DNA of 64,000 nucleotides, from assembly GCA_018716085.1 (NCBI GenBank), contig DVKK01000047.1, forward strand, positions 908 to 64,907. The letters run 5' to 3'. The notes below the pieces were generated by a model, which had not been told where the DNA came from, ran no database searches, and saw only the letters and a program-made list of their open reading frames with translations. The position numbers were made by a program, and so were the translations under genes. This stretch comes from Candidatus Ornithoclostridium excrementipullorum (GTDB taxonomy: Bacteria > Bacillota > Clostridia > Christensenellales > UBA3700). Below are positions 27,088 to 36,159 of this stretch, piece by piece; position 1 is the first letter of the stretch; each line of letters opens with the position of its first letter.

Positions 27088-28056
27088 ATGAGCGAAAACG
27101 AAAAGCTGTCGTATGCGATAGGAAGAAAGATCGCCGAGCTGCGCAAGCGTAACGGATTGACCCAACGTCGGCTTGCCGATAAAATTTTTACGTCCGACAA
27201 AAATCTTTCCAAATGGGAGACCGGCAAGGCGTTGCCCGATCTCGAATATCTGCTTGCAATATGCGATGCGCTCGGGGTGGATATAACATATTTTACCAAT
27301 GACGAAAGCGTAAGCGCCGAGATGTCGGCCGCACGTAAAATTGCCGAGTATAGGACAAGTATGCGCAAGTGGCTAAGTCCGGCAATGGCGTTTGCCGCCT
27401 TGCCTATTTTTATATTTGCCGCCGCAAGGGCATATCTCCCGACCACGCTTCCCGTGCACTTTGACGGAGAACTCAACGCAGACCGCTCGGGATGGGTAGG
27501 AGAATTGTCGATAGGGGCGTTCGCTATGTTCGGCGTAACGCTCGCGCTTGTCGCATGTATCGGGTTCGTAAGTCGAAAATATCTCAACGGTCGTTCCGTT
27601 TTAGATAGGCGTATGCCCGTGGCGTTCGGTTTGTCGCTGCTGTTTGCGGACGCGGTCTCGCTTGCGTTGACGATGTCGGCTATCGTCGTATCTCATAACG
27701 CCGCAGTCCGACAAGGACTTGCCGCTCCTAATGTTGAGCCTTTCCCTTGCGTTTTTGCCGCTTTGACGGGGGCGATAGTCTGGCTTGCAGGATGTTCGAT
27801 GTTTGCCGTCGATCGCAATTCGTTCTTCGGATTTCGGATACCCGCGTCCTTGGAATCGGACAGAGCGTGGCGCGTATATAACGCGACGGCAGGAGCGTAT
27901 TTTTGTTTATACGCTTTTGTGTTCGGTTCGGTCATGGCTCTGCTGCCGCAGCCGATCGGAGAGGCTGCCGCATTGTGCGGAGCGCTCTTGCCGTTGCTGC
28001 CGGTAGTTGCGTTGGCATATTTCACATCAAGATTCGTTTTGAAACAAGGACGATGA
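27088..28056 (+). CDS. membrane-tethered XRE HTH protein with DUF1648/SdpI-like membrane domain
   Basis: N-terminal HTH LSYAIGRKIAELRKRNGLTQRRLADKIFTSDKNLSKWETG. Then about 6 TM helices with LPTTLPVHFDGELNADRSGW, a DUF1648-like motif. Confidence 0.75.
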   Translation: MSENEKLSYAIGRKIAELRKRNGLTQRRLADKIFTSDKNLSKWETGKALPDLEYLLAICDALGVDITYFTNDESVSAEMSAARKIAEYRTSMRKWLSPAMAFAALPIFIFAAARAYLPTTLPVHFDGELNADRSGWVGELSIGAFAMFGVTLALVACIGFVSRKYLNGRSVLDRRMPVAFGLSLLFADAVSLALTMSAIVVSHNAAVRQGLAAPNVEPFPCVFAALTGAIVWLAGCSMFAVDRNSFFGFRIPASLESDRAWRVYNATAGAYFCLYAFVFGSVMALLPQPIGEAAALCGALLPLLPVVALAYFTSRFVLKQGR

Positions 28057-28121
28057 CGTATTTTGCGTAAAACATTGATTTGAATACGCTTTACTGGTAC
28101 AATGTTATTCGGAGGTATATC

Positions 28122-28739
28122 ATGGACGTCAAAGGCAGACCCCTTATTCCGATAAACTGTCTGTTTCAAGGCTGTTACAATCCCGCATACGAGGCGGAGA
28201 TAGAGAAGTGCAAGGATAAGTGCTGGAAATACAATATGCTCAGTCCCAACGACCGCGAGGGCAGACAGGCTATACTGCGCGATCTGCTCGGTCATATGGG
28301 GGAGGGGGCGGAATTCGTGCCGCCTTTCTGGTGCGATTACGGATACAGGATATCGGTGGGGAACAATTTTTACGCCAATCACAACACCGTGATGCAGGAC
28401 GGCGCGGGCATAACTTTCGGCGACAATGTTTTCATAGCCCCCAACTGCACTTTTTCCACTGCGGAACATCCCACCGATCCGGAACAGCGCAAAAAGGGGT
28501 TGGAGATCGCCAAACCGATAAAGATAGGCAACAACGTATGGATAGGAAGCAACGCGACCGTACTTGCGGGTGTGACGATCGGCGACGATACGGTGATAGG
28601 AGCGGGCAGCGTGGTCACGCGTGACGTTCCGTCGGGAGTCGTCGCAGTCGGCGTTCCGTGCCGCGTGGTCCGTGAGATCACCGAAGCCGACAAGTACCGT
28701 TATCCGATGTTCGATCCCGATACCTACGGAAAACAATGA
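28122..28739 (+). CDS. maltose/galactoside O-acetyltransferase-like hexapeptide transferase
   Basis: Left-handed beta-helix repeats IGNNVWIGSNATVLAGVTIGDDTVIGAGSVV plus a Maa-type N-terminal region. Start is at ATG 28122 after GGAGG. Confidence 0.85.
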   Translation: MDVKGRPLIPINCLFQGCYNPAYEAEIEKCKDKCWKYNMLSPNDREGRQAILRDLLGHMGEGAEFVPPFWCDYGYRISVGNNFYANHNTVMQDGAGITFGDNVFIAPNCTFSTAEHPTDPEQRKKGLEIAKPIKIGNNVWIGSNATVLAGVTIGDDTVIGAGSVVTRDVPSGVVAVGVPCRVVREITEADKYRYPMFDPDTYGKQ

Positions 28740-29443
28740 GCGGCGGGCTTATACTTCTTTTCGACGTGGACGATACTCTGCTCGACTTCGCGAAGTCGGA
28801 GCGGCGTTCGATAATCCTCACGTTGCGGAGGTTCGGTCTGCCCGAGACCGAGGAGATCGTTGCTGCGTATTCCGAGATAAATCTGGCTTGTTGGAAACTG
28901 CTCGAAGACAACAAGATAACCCGCAAACAACTGGACAGACTGCGTTTCGATATCCTGTTCGAAAGGTTCGGCATAACGGGCGCGGACAGCGTGGCGGCGG
29001 GCGCGTGCTACCGCAAGGAACTGTCTTCGTCCGCGTACGTAATACGGGGATGCAGAGCGATGCTTGCGCGGCTTGCGGCGACGGACAGACTTTTCATCGT
29101 CACCAACGGGGCGGAAGCGACTCAGCTCAAACGCCTTAAAAAAGCCGGACTCGACGGGTTTTTCGAAAAGATATTCTATTCCGAGACCGTAGGGTACGCA
29201 AAGCCTTACAGGCAGTTTTTCGACTTTGTCGAGGCTGAAATAGACGGTTGGGACAGATCGCGCGCGGTGCTGATAGGGGATTCGCTTACGTCCGATATCG
29301 CCGGCGCTGCGGGAGCAGGGATAACGTCGGTATGGTTCAACCGCTTCGGAGCCGACAGGGGCAGCGCGCGTCCCGATTTCGAAGCGCGCGGTTACGCGGA
29401 ACTGGAAGAGATACTGTCAAAGTTAAGGCGTAAGACAGGATAG
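28736..29443 (+). CDS. HAD-IA family hydrolase (YjjG-like nucleotidase type)
   Basis: Motif I LLFDVDDTLLDF and motif IV GDSLTSDI. ATGA overlap with the upstream gene. Confidence 0.8.
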   Translation: MSGGLILLFDVDDTLLDFAKSERRSIILTLRRFGLPETEEIVAAYSEINLACWKLLEDNKITRKQLDRLRFDILFERFGITGADSVAAGACYRKELSSSAYVIRGCRAMLARLAATDRLFIVTNGAEATQLKRLKKAGLDGFFEKIFYSETVGYAKPYRQFFDFVEAEIDGWDRSRAVLIGDSLTSDIAGAAGAGITSVWFNRFGADRGSARPDFEARGYAELEEILSKLRRKTG

Positions 29444-29447
29444 GACA

Positions 29448-30122
29448 ATGGACGGAACTGCAAAGAAAACCATACTCGTAGTAGACGACGATCCCGCCAT
29501 ATCCGCAATGCTTGCGGAGCAGCTTACTTCCGCGGGATACGACGCGGTATGCGCGTATTCGGGCAGCGAAGCGCTGCTCGCGGCGCGCAACTATTCGCCC
29601 GATCTCGTACTGCTCGATCTGTCGCTCCCCGGAAAGAGCGGAGAAGAAGTGCTGCGCGAACTGGGGACGATACCTGTCATAATAGTCAGCGCGCGATCGG
29701 ATATCGACGGCAAGGTAAGGACATTGCTTGCGGGGGCGGCGGACTACGTCACCAAGCCGTTCGAGTTTGCCGAGCTGGAAGCGAGGATAAGAGTGGCTCT
29801 GCGCAAAAATTCGGGGACGGGCGAGGAACTGCGCTGCGGTCCCGTAACGATCGACGCCGCAAAGAGAAAGTGCCTGTGCTCGGGCGTCGAGGTCAGGCTT
29901 ACGCGTACGGAATACGCGATACTGAAAGCTCTCGTCGTCGCGGGCGGCAACGTATTGACGAAAAATCAGTTGATGACCGCGATCGAGGAGGACACCCCCG
30001 ATTGCGAAGAGAGCTCGCTCAAGACCCACGTCGCCAATCTGCGGGCAAAGCTGAAAACGGCGGGAGGATACGATCTCATCAGATCGGTATGGGGTATAGG
30101 ATATACTCTTTGCGACAAATAA
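29448..30122 (+). CDS. OmpR-family response regulator
   Basis: Receiver domain ILVVDDDP...DLVLLDLSLPG and a winged-helix C-terminus LTRTEYAILKALV...VWGIGY. Confidence 0.9.
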   Translation: MDGTAKKTILVVDDDPAISAMLAEQLTSAGYDAVCAYSGSEALLAARNYSPDLVLLDLSLPGKSGEEVLRELGTIPVIIVSARSDIDGKVRTLLAGAADYVTKPFEFAELEARIRVALRKNSGTGEELRCGPVTIDAAKRKCLCSGVEVRLTRTEYAILKALVVAGGNVLTKNQLMTAIEEDTPDCEESSLKTHVANLRAKLKTAGGYDLIRSVWGIGYTLCDK

Positions 30123-30204
30123 TCTTGACCGAAACTTTACCTTTTATTGCGGGAATCTTGACTCCGAACGGGTATCATATAGTCAAACGATATAAGGAGG
30201 CTTT

Positions 30205-31116
30205 ATGGAATATTGTTTGACTACTTACAATCTTGCCAAATCGTACGGAAGAAAGCCCGTGCTCCGCAACGTCAATATGCACGTCGAAAGGGGCGCGATA
30301 TACGGGTTTGTCGGCAAGAACGGTTCGGGCAAAACCACGCTGATACGCTGCGTCACCGGACTGCAAAGACCTACGAGCGGAAGTTACGAATTGTTCGGCG
30401 TGTCCGATTCGGACGGAGCGTCCGCACGCGTCAGAAAAAGGATCGCGGCGATAGTCGAAACGCCTTCGGTCTATCCGTCCCTGTCCGCGAAAGACAATAT
30501 GCTCATGCAGTGCGAGATACTCGGCATAGCCGATACTCGCAGGGTGGCGGACATTCTTGATTATGTGGGGTTAAGCTACACGGACACGAAAAAAGTCGCA
30601 AAATATTCTCTCGGTATGCGACAGCGCCTCGGCATAGCTCTGGCGCTGGTCGGAGGCCCCGATCTCATCATTCTGGACGAGCCCGTCAACGGTCTGGACC
30701 CGCAGGGTATAGTCGAGATAAGGGAACTGATCCTGCGGCTCAACCGCGAGAAGAACATGACGGTCGTCATATCCAGTCATATACTCGGAGAGCTTTCCAA
30801 ACTTGCCACGCATTACGGTTTTATCGACGCGGGCAGTATAGTCAAAGAGATAAGCGCGAAAGAACTTGCGGACAAATGCCGCAAGAGCATATATGTCGAA
30901 GTCGACGATATAAAGGCGTTCTCGTGCGCGATGCAGTCGCGCGGGATCGAGCACAGGGTCGCGTCCGACCGCTCCGCCGAAATATACGGGGAGATCACCG
31001 TCACCGAGTTGGTCGCGCTGCTGTCCGGGTACGGATGTTCTCTGCGTACCGTCAGGGAACAGGACGAAGACCTCGAACGCTACTTCCTCGATCTGATAGG
31101 AGGCGAGCGGTCATGA
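30205..31116 (+). CDS. ABC transporter ATP-binding protein (bacitracin/lantibiotic-export type)
   Basis: Walker A GKNGSGKTT, signature SLGMRQRL, Walker B LIILDEP. Confidence 0.9.
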   Translation: MEYCLTTYNLAKSYGRKPVLRNVNMHVERGAIYGFVGKNGSGKTTLIRCVTGLQRPTSGSYELFGVSDSDGASARVRKRIAAIVETPSVYPSLSAKDNMLMQCEILGIADTRRVADILDYVGLSYTDTKKVAKYSLGMRQRLGIALALVGGPDLIILDEPVNGLDPQGIVEIRELILRLNREKNMTVVISSHILGELSKLATHYGFIDAGSIVKEISAKELADKCRKSIYVEVDDIKAFSCAMQSRGIEHRVASDRSAEIYGEITVTELVALLSGYGCSLRTVREQDEDLERYFLDLIGGERS

Positions 31117-31967
31117 TCAATCTTCTCAGAGCCGATTTCAAACGGCTGTTCAAGAGCAGGGTAACCATATCTCTCGCCGTGCTGTACGCACTGTACGCTT
31201 TGGTAATGATAGTATTCATAGTCGCTGTCGATCAGAGCAGAGGAGGAGGGTACGGCAAAGAACTCATGGCGTCGGTGTTCGTGCAGACTTACAGCATTTT
31301 CGGCACGTTCCCCGTCGCGGGCTGCGGCGTCATGATATTGGCGGCGGTGCTGGTCGGAGCCGATTTCAGAAACGGTACGATCCGCAACAAACTCATATCC
31401 GGTCACGGCAGAACGGAAACGTATCTCTCGTCGTTCATAGCCGTAGCGGTCACGGCGCTCGCGTTTACCGCCGAGTATTATCTCATAATGTGCGCGGTAG
31501 GTCTGCCGATATACGGAGGGATGGCGTTGAGCGCGGAAAATGCCGCATGGTTCGTGTTCGACGGCTCTCTCACCGTGGTATCCTATGCTGCGGTCGCTAC
31601 CTTCCTGACCTATACCGTACGCAGATACGAGGCATCTCTGACGATAGGCATTCTGGCGGCGTTCGCCATGTGTATCGTGACGGGACTTCTGATCTCCGCG
31701 GCGACGCAGCCCGAATTTATCGACGACTTGGTCGGATGGACGGCGGACGGATCGCCGATATTCGAAACCGTTCCTAATCCCGACAAGCTCAGCCCCGCTG
31801 TGGAGAAGTTTTTACTTCAGCTCTCGTACGTATTCCCGAGTTCGCAATGTCACTGGTATTACCGAGGCGGAGCGCCGACGTGGGAATTCGCCGCTTACTC
31901 GGGCGCATTGACCGTATTGTTCTCCGCAGCGGGAGCAGGCGTATTCGCAAAGAGAAATCTGAACTGA
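31113..31967 (+). CDS. ABC-2 type permease
   Basis: Six predicted TM segments. The ATG overlaps the ATPase stop (ATGA). N-terminus MINLLRADFKRLFKSR is typical of ABC-2 permeases. Confidence 0.75.
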   Translation: MINLLRADFKRLFKSRVTISLAVLYALYALVMIVFIVAVDQSRGGGYGKELMASVFVQTYSIFGTFPVAGCGVMILAAVLVGADFRNGTIRNKLISGHGRTETYLSSFIAVAVTALAFTAEYYLIMCAVGLPIYGGMALSAENAAWFVFDGSLTVVSYAAVATFLTYTVRRYEASLTIGILAAFAMCIVTGLLISAATQPEFIDDLVGWTADGSPIFETVPNPDKLSPAVEKFLLQLSYVFPSSQCHWYYRGGAPTWEFAAYSGALTVLFSAAGAGVFAKRNLN

Positions 31968-31998
31968 GTCCCGATTTTCGCGGGGCGTCGGAGGAATA

Positions 31999-32916
31999 AT
32001 GGAAACTGTTCTCGCGATCGCAATATGCGTCGCGGCGGTATGCGCCGCCGCGGCGCTTGCGCTGTCTGTCAAAACGATAGCCGTGCGCCGCACTTTGGCG
32101 GACATGGCGGATACTTTGGAGGAAGCCGAGGATTCGAACGTCGTAGTACGCGTGCGAACGAGGGACAAGGCGGTCCGAGCGGCGGCAGAGGCGTTGAACG
32201 ACGAATTGACAAAACTGCGGAAAGCGCGTTCCGAATACTCGCAGGGCAGCAGGGATCTCGATACCGCGATAGTGAACATGGCGCATGATCTCCGCACTCC
32301 GCTGACAGCCGCGCTCGGGTGGCTCGAACTGTGCGATAAGACGGACGATCCCGTCAAACTGCACGGATACGCTCAGGCTGCCCGCGACGCGGCGACAAGA
32401 CTCAAAGAACTGACCGAAGAGCTGTTCGGGTATGCGCTCGCTCACGAAAAGGAGAAGCCCGAATTCGACAGGGCGGATCTGACCGAAGCGCTCAGGCGCG
32501 CGGTGCTTGCTTCATACGCCGCGTTCGGGCTCAAAGGCGTCGAGCCGAAGATCGATCTGCCCGACGCCCCCGTATGGGCGATCTCGGACTGCCGAATGTT
32601 GGAGAGGATCTTCGACAACATAATTTCCAATGCGCTCAAATACGGCAAAGACGGCTTTTTCGTTTCGCTCGACGAGAAGGGAGTGGTCAAAATTGGCAAT
32701 AACTGCGAAGGGTTGGACAGCGTGGACGTAGCGAGAATGTTCGACAGGTTTTTTACGGTGAAAAACGCACGGTCTTCTTCGGGACTCGGGTTGTCGATAG
32801 CAAAGACGCTCACCGCAAGGCTGGGAGGGAAGATATACGCCGATCTGGACAAAGACGTGCTGACGGTCACCGTCGATTTTTCGCAAACGCTTTGCGAAAT
32901 CGCGCGCGAAAAATGA
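31999..32916 (+). CDS. sensor histidine kinase with a single TM helix and no extracytoplasmic domain
   Basis: H-box MAHDLRTPLTA, N-box ISNALKYG, G2-box SGLGLSIAK. There is only one N-terminal TM helix. Confidence 0.85.
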   Translation: METVLAIAICVAAVCAAAALALSVKTIAVRRTLADMADTLEEAEDSNVVVRVRTRDKAVRAAAEALNDELTKLRKARSEYSQGSRDLDTAIVNMAHDLRTPLTAALGWLELCDKTDDPVKLHGYAQAARDAATRLKELTEELFGYALAHEKEKPEFDRADLTEALRRAVLASYAAFGLKGVEPKIDLPDAPVWAISDCRMLERIFDNIISNALKYGKDGFFVSLDEKGVVKIGNNCEGLDSVDVARMFDRFFTVKNARSSSGLGLSIAKTLTARLGGKIYADLDKDVLTVTVDFSQTLCEIAREK

Positions 32917-32999
32917 TTTTTCTCCGAAAATGTTTGACATCGCGGCGATTTGGTGCTATAACGGTGTCGATAAAGAAATTTATCTCGGAGGTTATGACT

Positions 33000-33218
33000 A
33001 TGGACAAGTTCGAAAGACAGCAGCAGCTCGACGTAGAGAAATGGGTAGACAGCGAAAACAAGGGATACGATACCTGCGGTTTCTATTCTTACTGCGCGGC
33101 ATGCGATAAGAGCGCGGAGAATCCCTGCGCCACCGCGGAAGAGAAGGCAAGCGCGAAGAAGCCCGCCAAGAAAGCCGCGAAGAAGCCGGCTGCCAAAAAG
33201 AGCAAGAAGACCGCTTGA
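33000..33218 (+). CDS. small Cys4 protein with a lysine-rich KKPAKK tail (72 aa), unknown function
   Basis: GGAGG lies 8 nt upstream of ATG 33000. Contains CX6CX2CX7C (CGFYSYCAACDKSAENPC) and the tail AKKPAKKAAKKPAAKKSKKTA. A strong terminator follows. Confidence 0.55.
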   Translation: MDKFERQQQLDVEKWVDSENKGYDTCGFYSYCAACDKSAENPCATAEEKASAKKPAKKAAKKPAAKKSKKTA

Positions 33219-33225
33219 CGAGGTC

Positions 33226-33259
33226 GAAAAAATACGCGGCGTCCGCCGCGTATTTTTTT
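33226..33259. terminator. bidirectional intrinsic terminator
   Basis: AAAAAATACGCGGCG-TCC-GCCGCGTATTTTTTT. Confidence 0.8.
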
Positions 33260-33276
33260 GCTTCGGATCAGTTGAT

Positions 33277-35007
33277 TTACCGTTTGCCCGCTCCGGCTCC
33301 CGCCGCGACGGCGCACATCTCCGCGTTGAGCGCCGCGAGCATATCGGGATCGGCTTTCAATTCTTTACGGTCGTAGGTGACCAGTCCGTTCTGTTCGTTT
33401 TCCACGTCGGAAAGCTGGGTATAGATGGCTGCGCACAGACCTTCGCGCACCGCGGGAACGATCTGTTCTTCCAACAGTTTTCCGAGAGCGGCGTTGAGTT
33501 TGTCTTTATTTCGGAACACCAGATATCCGAACGTCTTCTTTTCATTGTATACGTGCCCCGATATCTTCATGCTGTATCCGCCGTATTCGCTCAGTACGAC
33601 GTGGCGGCTCTCCTTCTTCGGCATACGGAACGGCAGTATATAGCGGTGGATGCTTCTTATCGGCGCGCCTTGATCGTACCATCCGCTCGTGGAGTCGATC
33701 AGCCTGGTGCCGTCCAGCTCGCGCAGTTTCGCGGTAAGACGTTCGCTGTCGAATTGTCCCCACGCCTCGTTGAATAAAGTCCACAGCGCTATGCAAGGAC
33801 AGTTGTACAGCTGTTCCACCGTTTCGGTCATCTCTTGTTCGAAGAGTTTGCGTCCCTGCGCGTCCGTGCGGGCGAGCCTGCCGTAAGAGTTCTCTCCGTC
33901 GCCGATATTTATTCCGATCGTGGGGGCGACCATTATCCAGAAATTGTCGTACTTGCCTCCGCCGTTGACGATATCCTGCCACACTATCATTCCCAGTCGG
34001 TCGCAGTGGTAGTAAAAGCGCATACTTTCGACTTTGGCGTGTTTGCGCAGGGTGTTGAAGCCGCATTTTTTCGCCAGTTTGATATCGTATATGAGAGCTT
34101 CGTCCGACGGCGGAGTATAGATGCCGTCGGGCCAGTATCCCTGGTCGAGCAGACCTGTCATGAAATACGGCTCGCCGTTAAGGGTGAAGCACGGCTTGCC
34201 GTCGGCGCGTTTGCCGATGCCGAACTCGCGCAGAGCGAAATACGACCGCACTCTGTCGCCTTCCAACATTATGTCGAAGTGATACAGTCTGGGCGTTTCG
34301 GGCGACCAAAGGACGGGGGAGAGGACCTTGTAATCGATCTCTCCGCTGTGGGACTCGAAAGGTCTTCCGTCCTCGTCTATCATTATGAAATTTTTCGAGC
34401 CCGTGTTCGTGAACACCTTGATATTGACCGAGCCGCGCGAAATGTCGGGCGTGATCTTCAGCTTCGTGACGTAAGTGTCGGGCACGTATTCCAACCATAC
34501 GCTCTGCCATATGCCCGACTGCGGGGTGTACCATATCCCGCCGTTTTTGCGGCGCTGTTTTCCGCGCGCCCCCACGCCTTGATCGGACGGGTCGCGGACG
34601 ACGCATATCAATTCGTTTTTCTCTTCGGCGACCGCTTCGGCGGAAAAAGAGGTGTAGCCTCCCGTATGGCGCGTCAGCTCTTTTCCGTTCAAATATACTA
34701 TGCAAAAGAAATCCGCCGCTCCGATGTGCAGCACGAATTTGTCGTCGGCCCTGCCGTCGAATACTGTTCGCAGGACGAGAGATTCGTCCGCGCCGAGAGT
34801 TCTGCCCACTCCGGACAGCGGAGATTCCAACGCGAACGGTACGCGGATCTTGCCGTCGTATTCCGTCCCGTCCTTGGGGAAATATTCGCCTTTTACTATC
34901 TTGTAATCCCACAGCCCGTCGAGATTGACGTAACTGCCGCGTACCATCTGCGGTCGGGGATATGCGGTCGTGTCCGCCGCCGCGCTCCATACGGTATCCA
35001 ATGCCAT
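33277..35007 (-). CDS. glycoside hydrolase family 2 protein (beta-galactosidase/glucuronidase-like)
   Basis: GH2 layout with YPRPQMVR...LDGLWDY at the N-terminus and the acid/base region WTLFNEAWGQ. GGAGG SD is upstream. Confidence 0.85.
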   Translation of the reverse strand: MALDTVWSAAADTTAYPRPQMVRGSYVNLDGLWDYKIVKGEYFPKDGTEYDGKIRVPFALESPLSGVGRTLGADESLVLRTVFDGRADDKFVLHIGAADFFCIVYLNGKELTRHTGGYTSFSAEAVAEEKNELICVVRDPSDQGVGARGKQRRKNGGIWYTPQSGIWQSVWLEYVPDTYVTKLKITPDISRGSVNIKVFTNTGSKNFIMIDEDGRPFESHSGEIDYKVLSPVLWSPETPRLYHFDIMLEGDRVRSYFALREFGIGKRADGKPCFTLNGEPYFMTGLLDQGYWPDGIYTPPSDEALIYDIKLAKKCGFNTLRKHAKVESMRFYYHCDRLGMIVWQDIVNGGGKYDNFWIMVAPTIGINIGDGENSYGRLARTDAQGRKLFEQEMTETVEQLYNCPCIALWTLFNEAWGQFDSERLTAKLRELDGTRLIDSTSGWYDQGAPIRSIHRYILPFRMPKKESRHVVLSEYGGYSMKISGHVYNEKKTFGYLVFRNKDKLNAALGKLLEEQIVPAVREGLCAAIYTQLSDVENEQNGLVTYDRKELKADPDMLAALNAEMCAVAAGAGAGKR

Positions 35008-35223
35008 AATTTACCTCCGACACCATTATAAAGCATATCGCGTTCGGTTTCAATACATTTTTCGGAACAGCCTTATCGACGGATCGTTACGTAGGACAGC
35101 GTGGGGGTACGGGCGGCGCGCGTCGGGAGGACCGTCGGAAAAGTGCGGAAAATTCCGGCGGCATATTGCAAGCGCGCGCGGTTTGGTGTATCATATGTAT
35201 AACGGAAATAAACAGGAGAAGAT

Positions 35224-36159
35224 ATGAATATCTGCGAGAATGCCACGGAACTCATAGGCAATACTCCGCTGCTCAGACTCGGCGGACTGAAAAAGAGGCT
35301 CGGATTCAAGGCGAACGTGTTGGCGAAGCTGGAATCGTTCAATCCTTACAGCGTGAAGGACAGAGTCGCTCTGCGCATCATCGACGACGCGGAGAGATCG
35401 GGAAGATTGAAAAAGGGCGGCTCCATAGTTGAGCCGACGTCGGGGAATACGGGCATAGGTCTGGCGTTCGTCGGCGCGGTGAGAGGGTACAAAGTCACGT
35501 TGGTCATGCCGTCGAGCATGAGCGTGGAGAGGCGAAAGATACTTGCAATGCTCGGCGCCGAGCTCGTGCTGACAGACGCGGCTCTCGGTATGAAAGGCGC
35601 TCTCGACGAGGCGGACAGGATAGCGCGCGAAACGGGAGCTTTTTTGGCGGATCAATTCGCCAATCCGTCCAACGTAAAGGCGCACGAAACGACGACCGCT
35701 CGCGAGATATACGACGCCACGGAAGGCAAGGTCGACGCGTTCGTCGCGGCGATCGGCACGGGCGGTACTCTGACGGGTACGGCGAAGGCGCTCAAAGCGA
35801 AGATCCCCGGACTGAAAGCGTACGGGGTGGAGCCGGCTTCGTCGCCTCTGCTCACGAAAGGTTGGGCGGGGCCGCACGGCATACAGGGCGCGGGAGCTAA
35901 TTTCGTGCCCGAGATACTCGATCTGTCGGTAGCGGACGGCATCGTTGACGTTACCGAAAGGCAGGCGTACGACACGGCGCGGCTGCTTGCAAAATGCGAC
36001 GGGATACTTGCGGGCATATCGTCGGGAGCGGCGCTGTATGCCGCGGTCGAGCTGGCGCAAAAGAAAGAATACGCCGATAAAAACATAGTCGTCGTTCTGC
36101 CCGATACGGGAGAGCGGTATATGTCTACGGAGCTCTTTGAAAACGGGGACAGAAGCTAA
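35224..36159 (+). CDS. cysK: cysteine synthase A (O-acetylserine sulfhydrylase)
   Basis: PLP-lysine motif NPYSVKDR and GNTGIGLA. Promoter TTGCAA-17-TATCAT is upstream. Confidence 0.92.
   Translation: MNICENATELIGNTPLLRLGGLKKRLGFKANVLAKLESFNPYSVKDRVALRIIDDAERSGRLKKGGSIVEPTSGNTGIGLAFVGAVRGYKVTLVMPSSMSVERRKILAMLGAELVLTDAALGMKGALDEADRIARETGAFLADQFANPSNVKAHETTTAREIYDATEGKVDAFVAAIGTGGTLTGTAKALKAKIPGLKAYGVEPASSPLLTKGWAGPHGIQGAGANFVPEILDLSVADGIVDVTERQAYDTARLLAKCDGILAGISSGAALYAAVELAQKKEYADKNIVVVLPDTGERYMSTELFENGDRS

Noticed and set aside
26754-27587. 277-aa minus-strand ORF spanning the nrdG end and the XRE-membrane gene start
   Set aside because: It crosses a strong terminator and an intergenic region, has no SD, and lies opposite two well-supported plus-strand genes.
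32994-33218. Small Cys-containing ORF after an ABC/TCS module as a lanthipeptide/RiPP precursor
   Set aside because: There are no modification enzymes (LanB/C/M, radical SAM, YcaO) nearby. The C-terminal half is a Lys/Ala/Pro tail rather than a Ser/Thr/Cys-rich core. The Cys lie in the N-terminal half in a metal-binding-like spacing.
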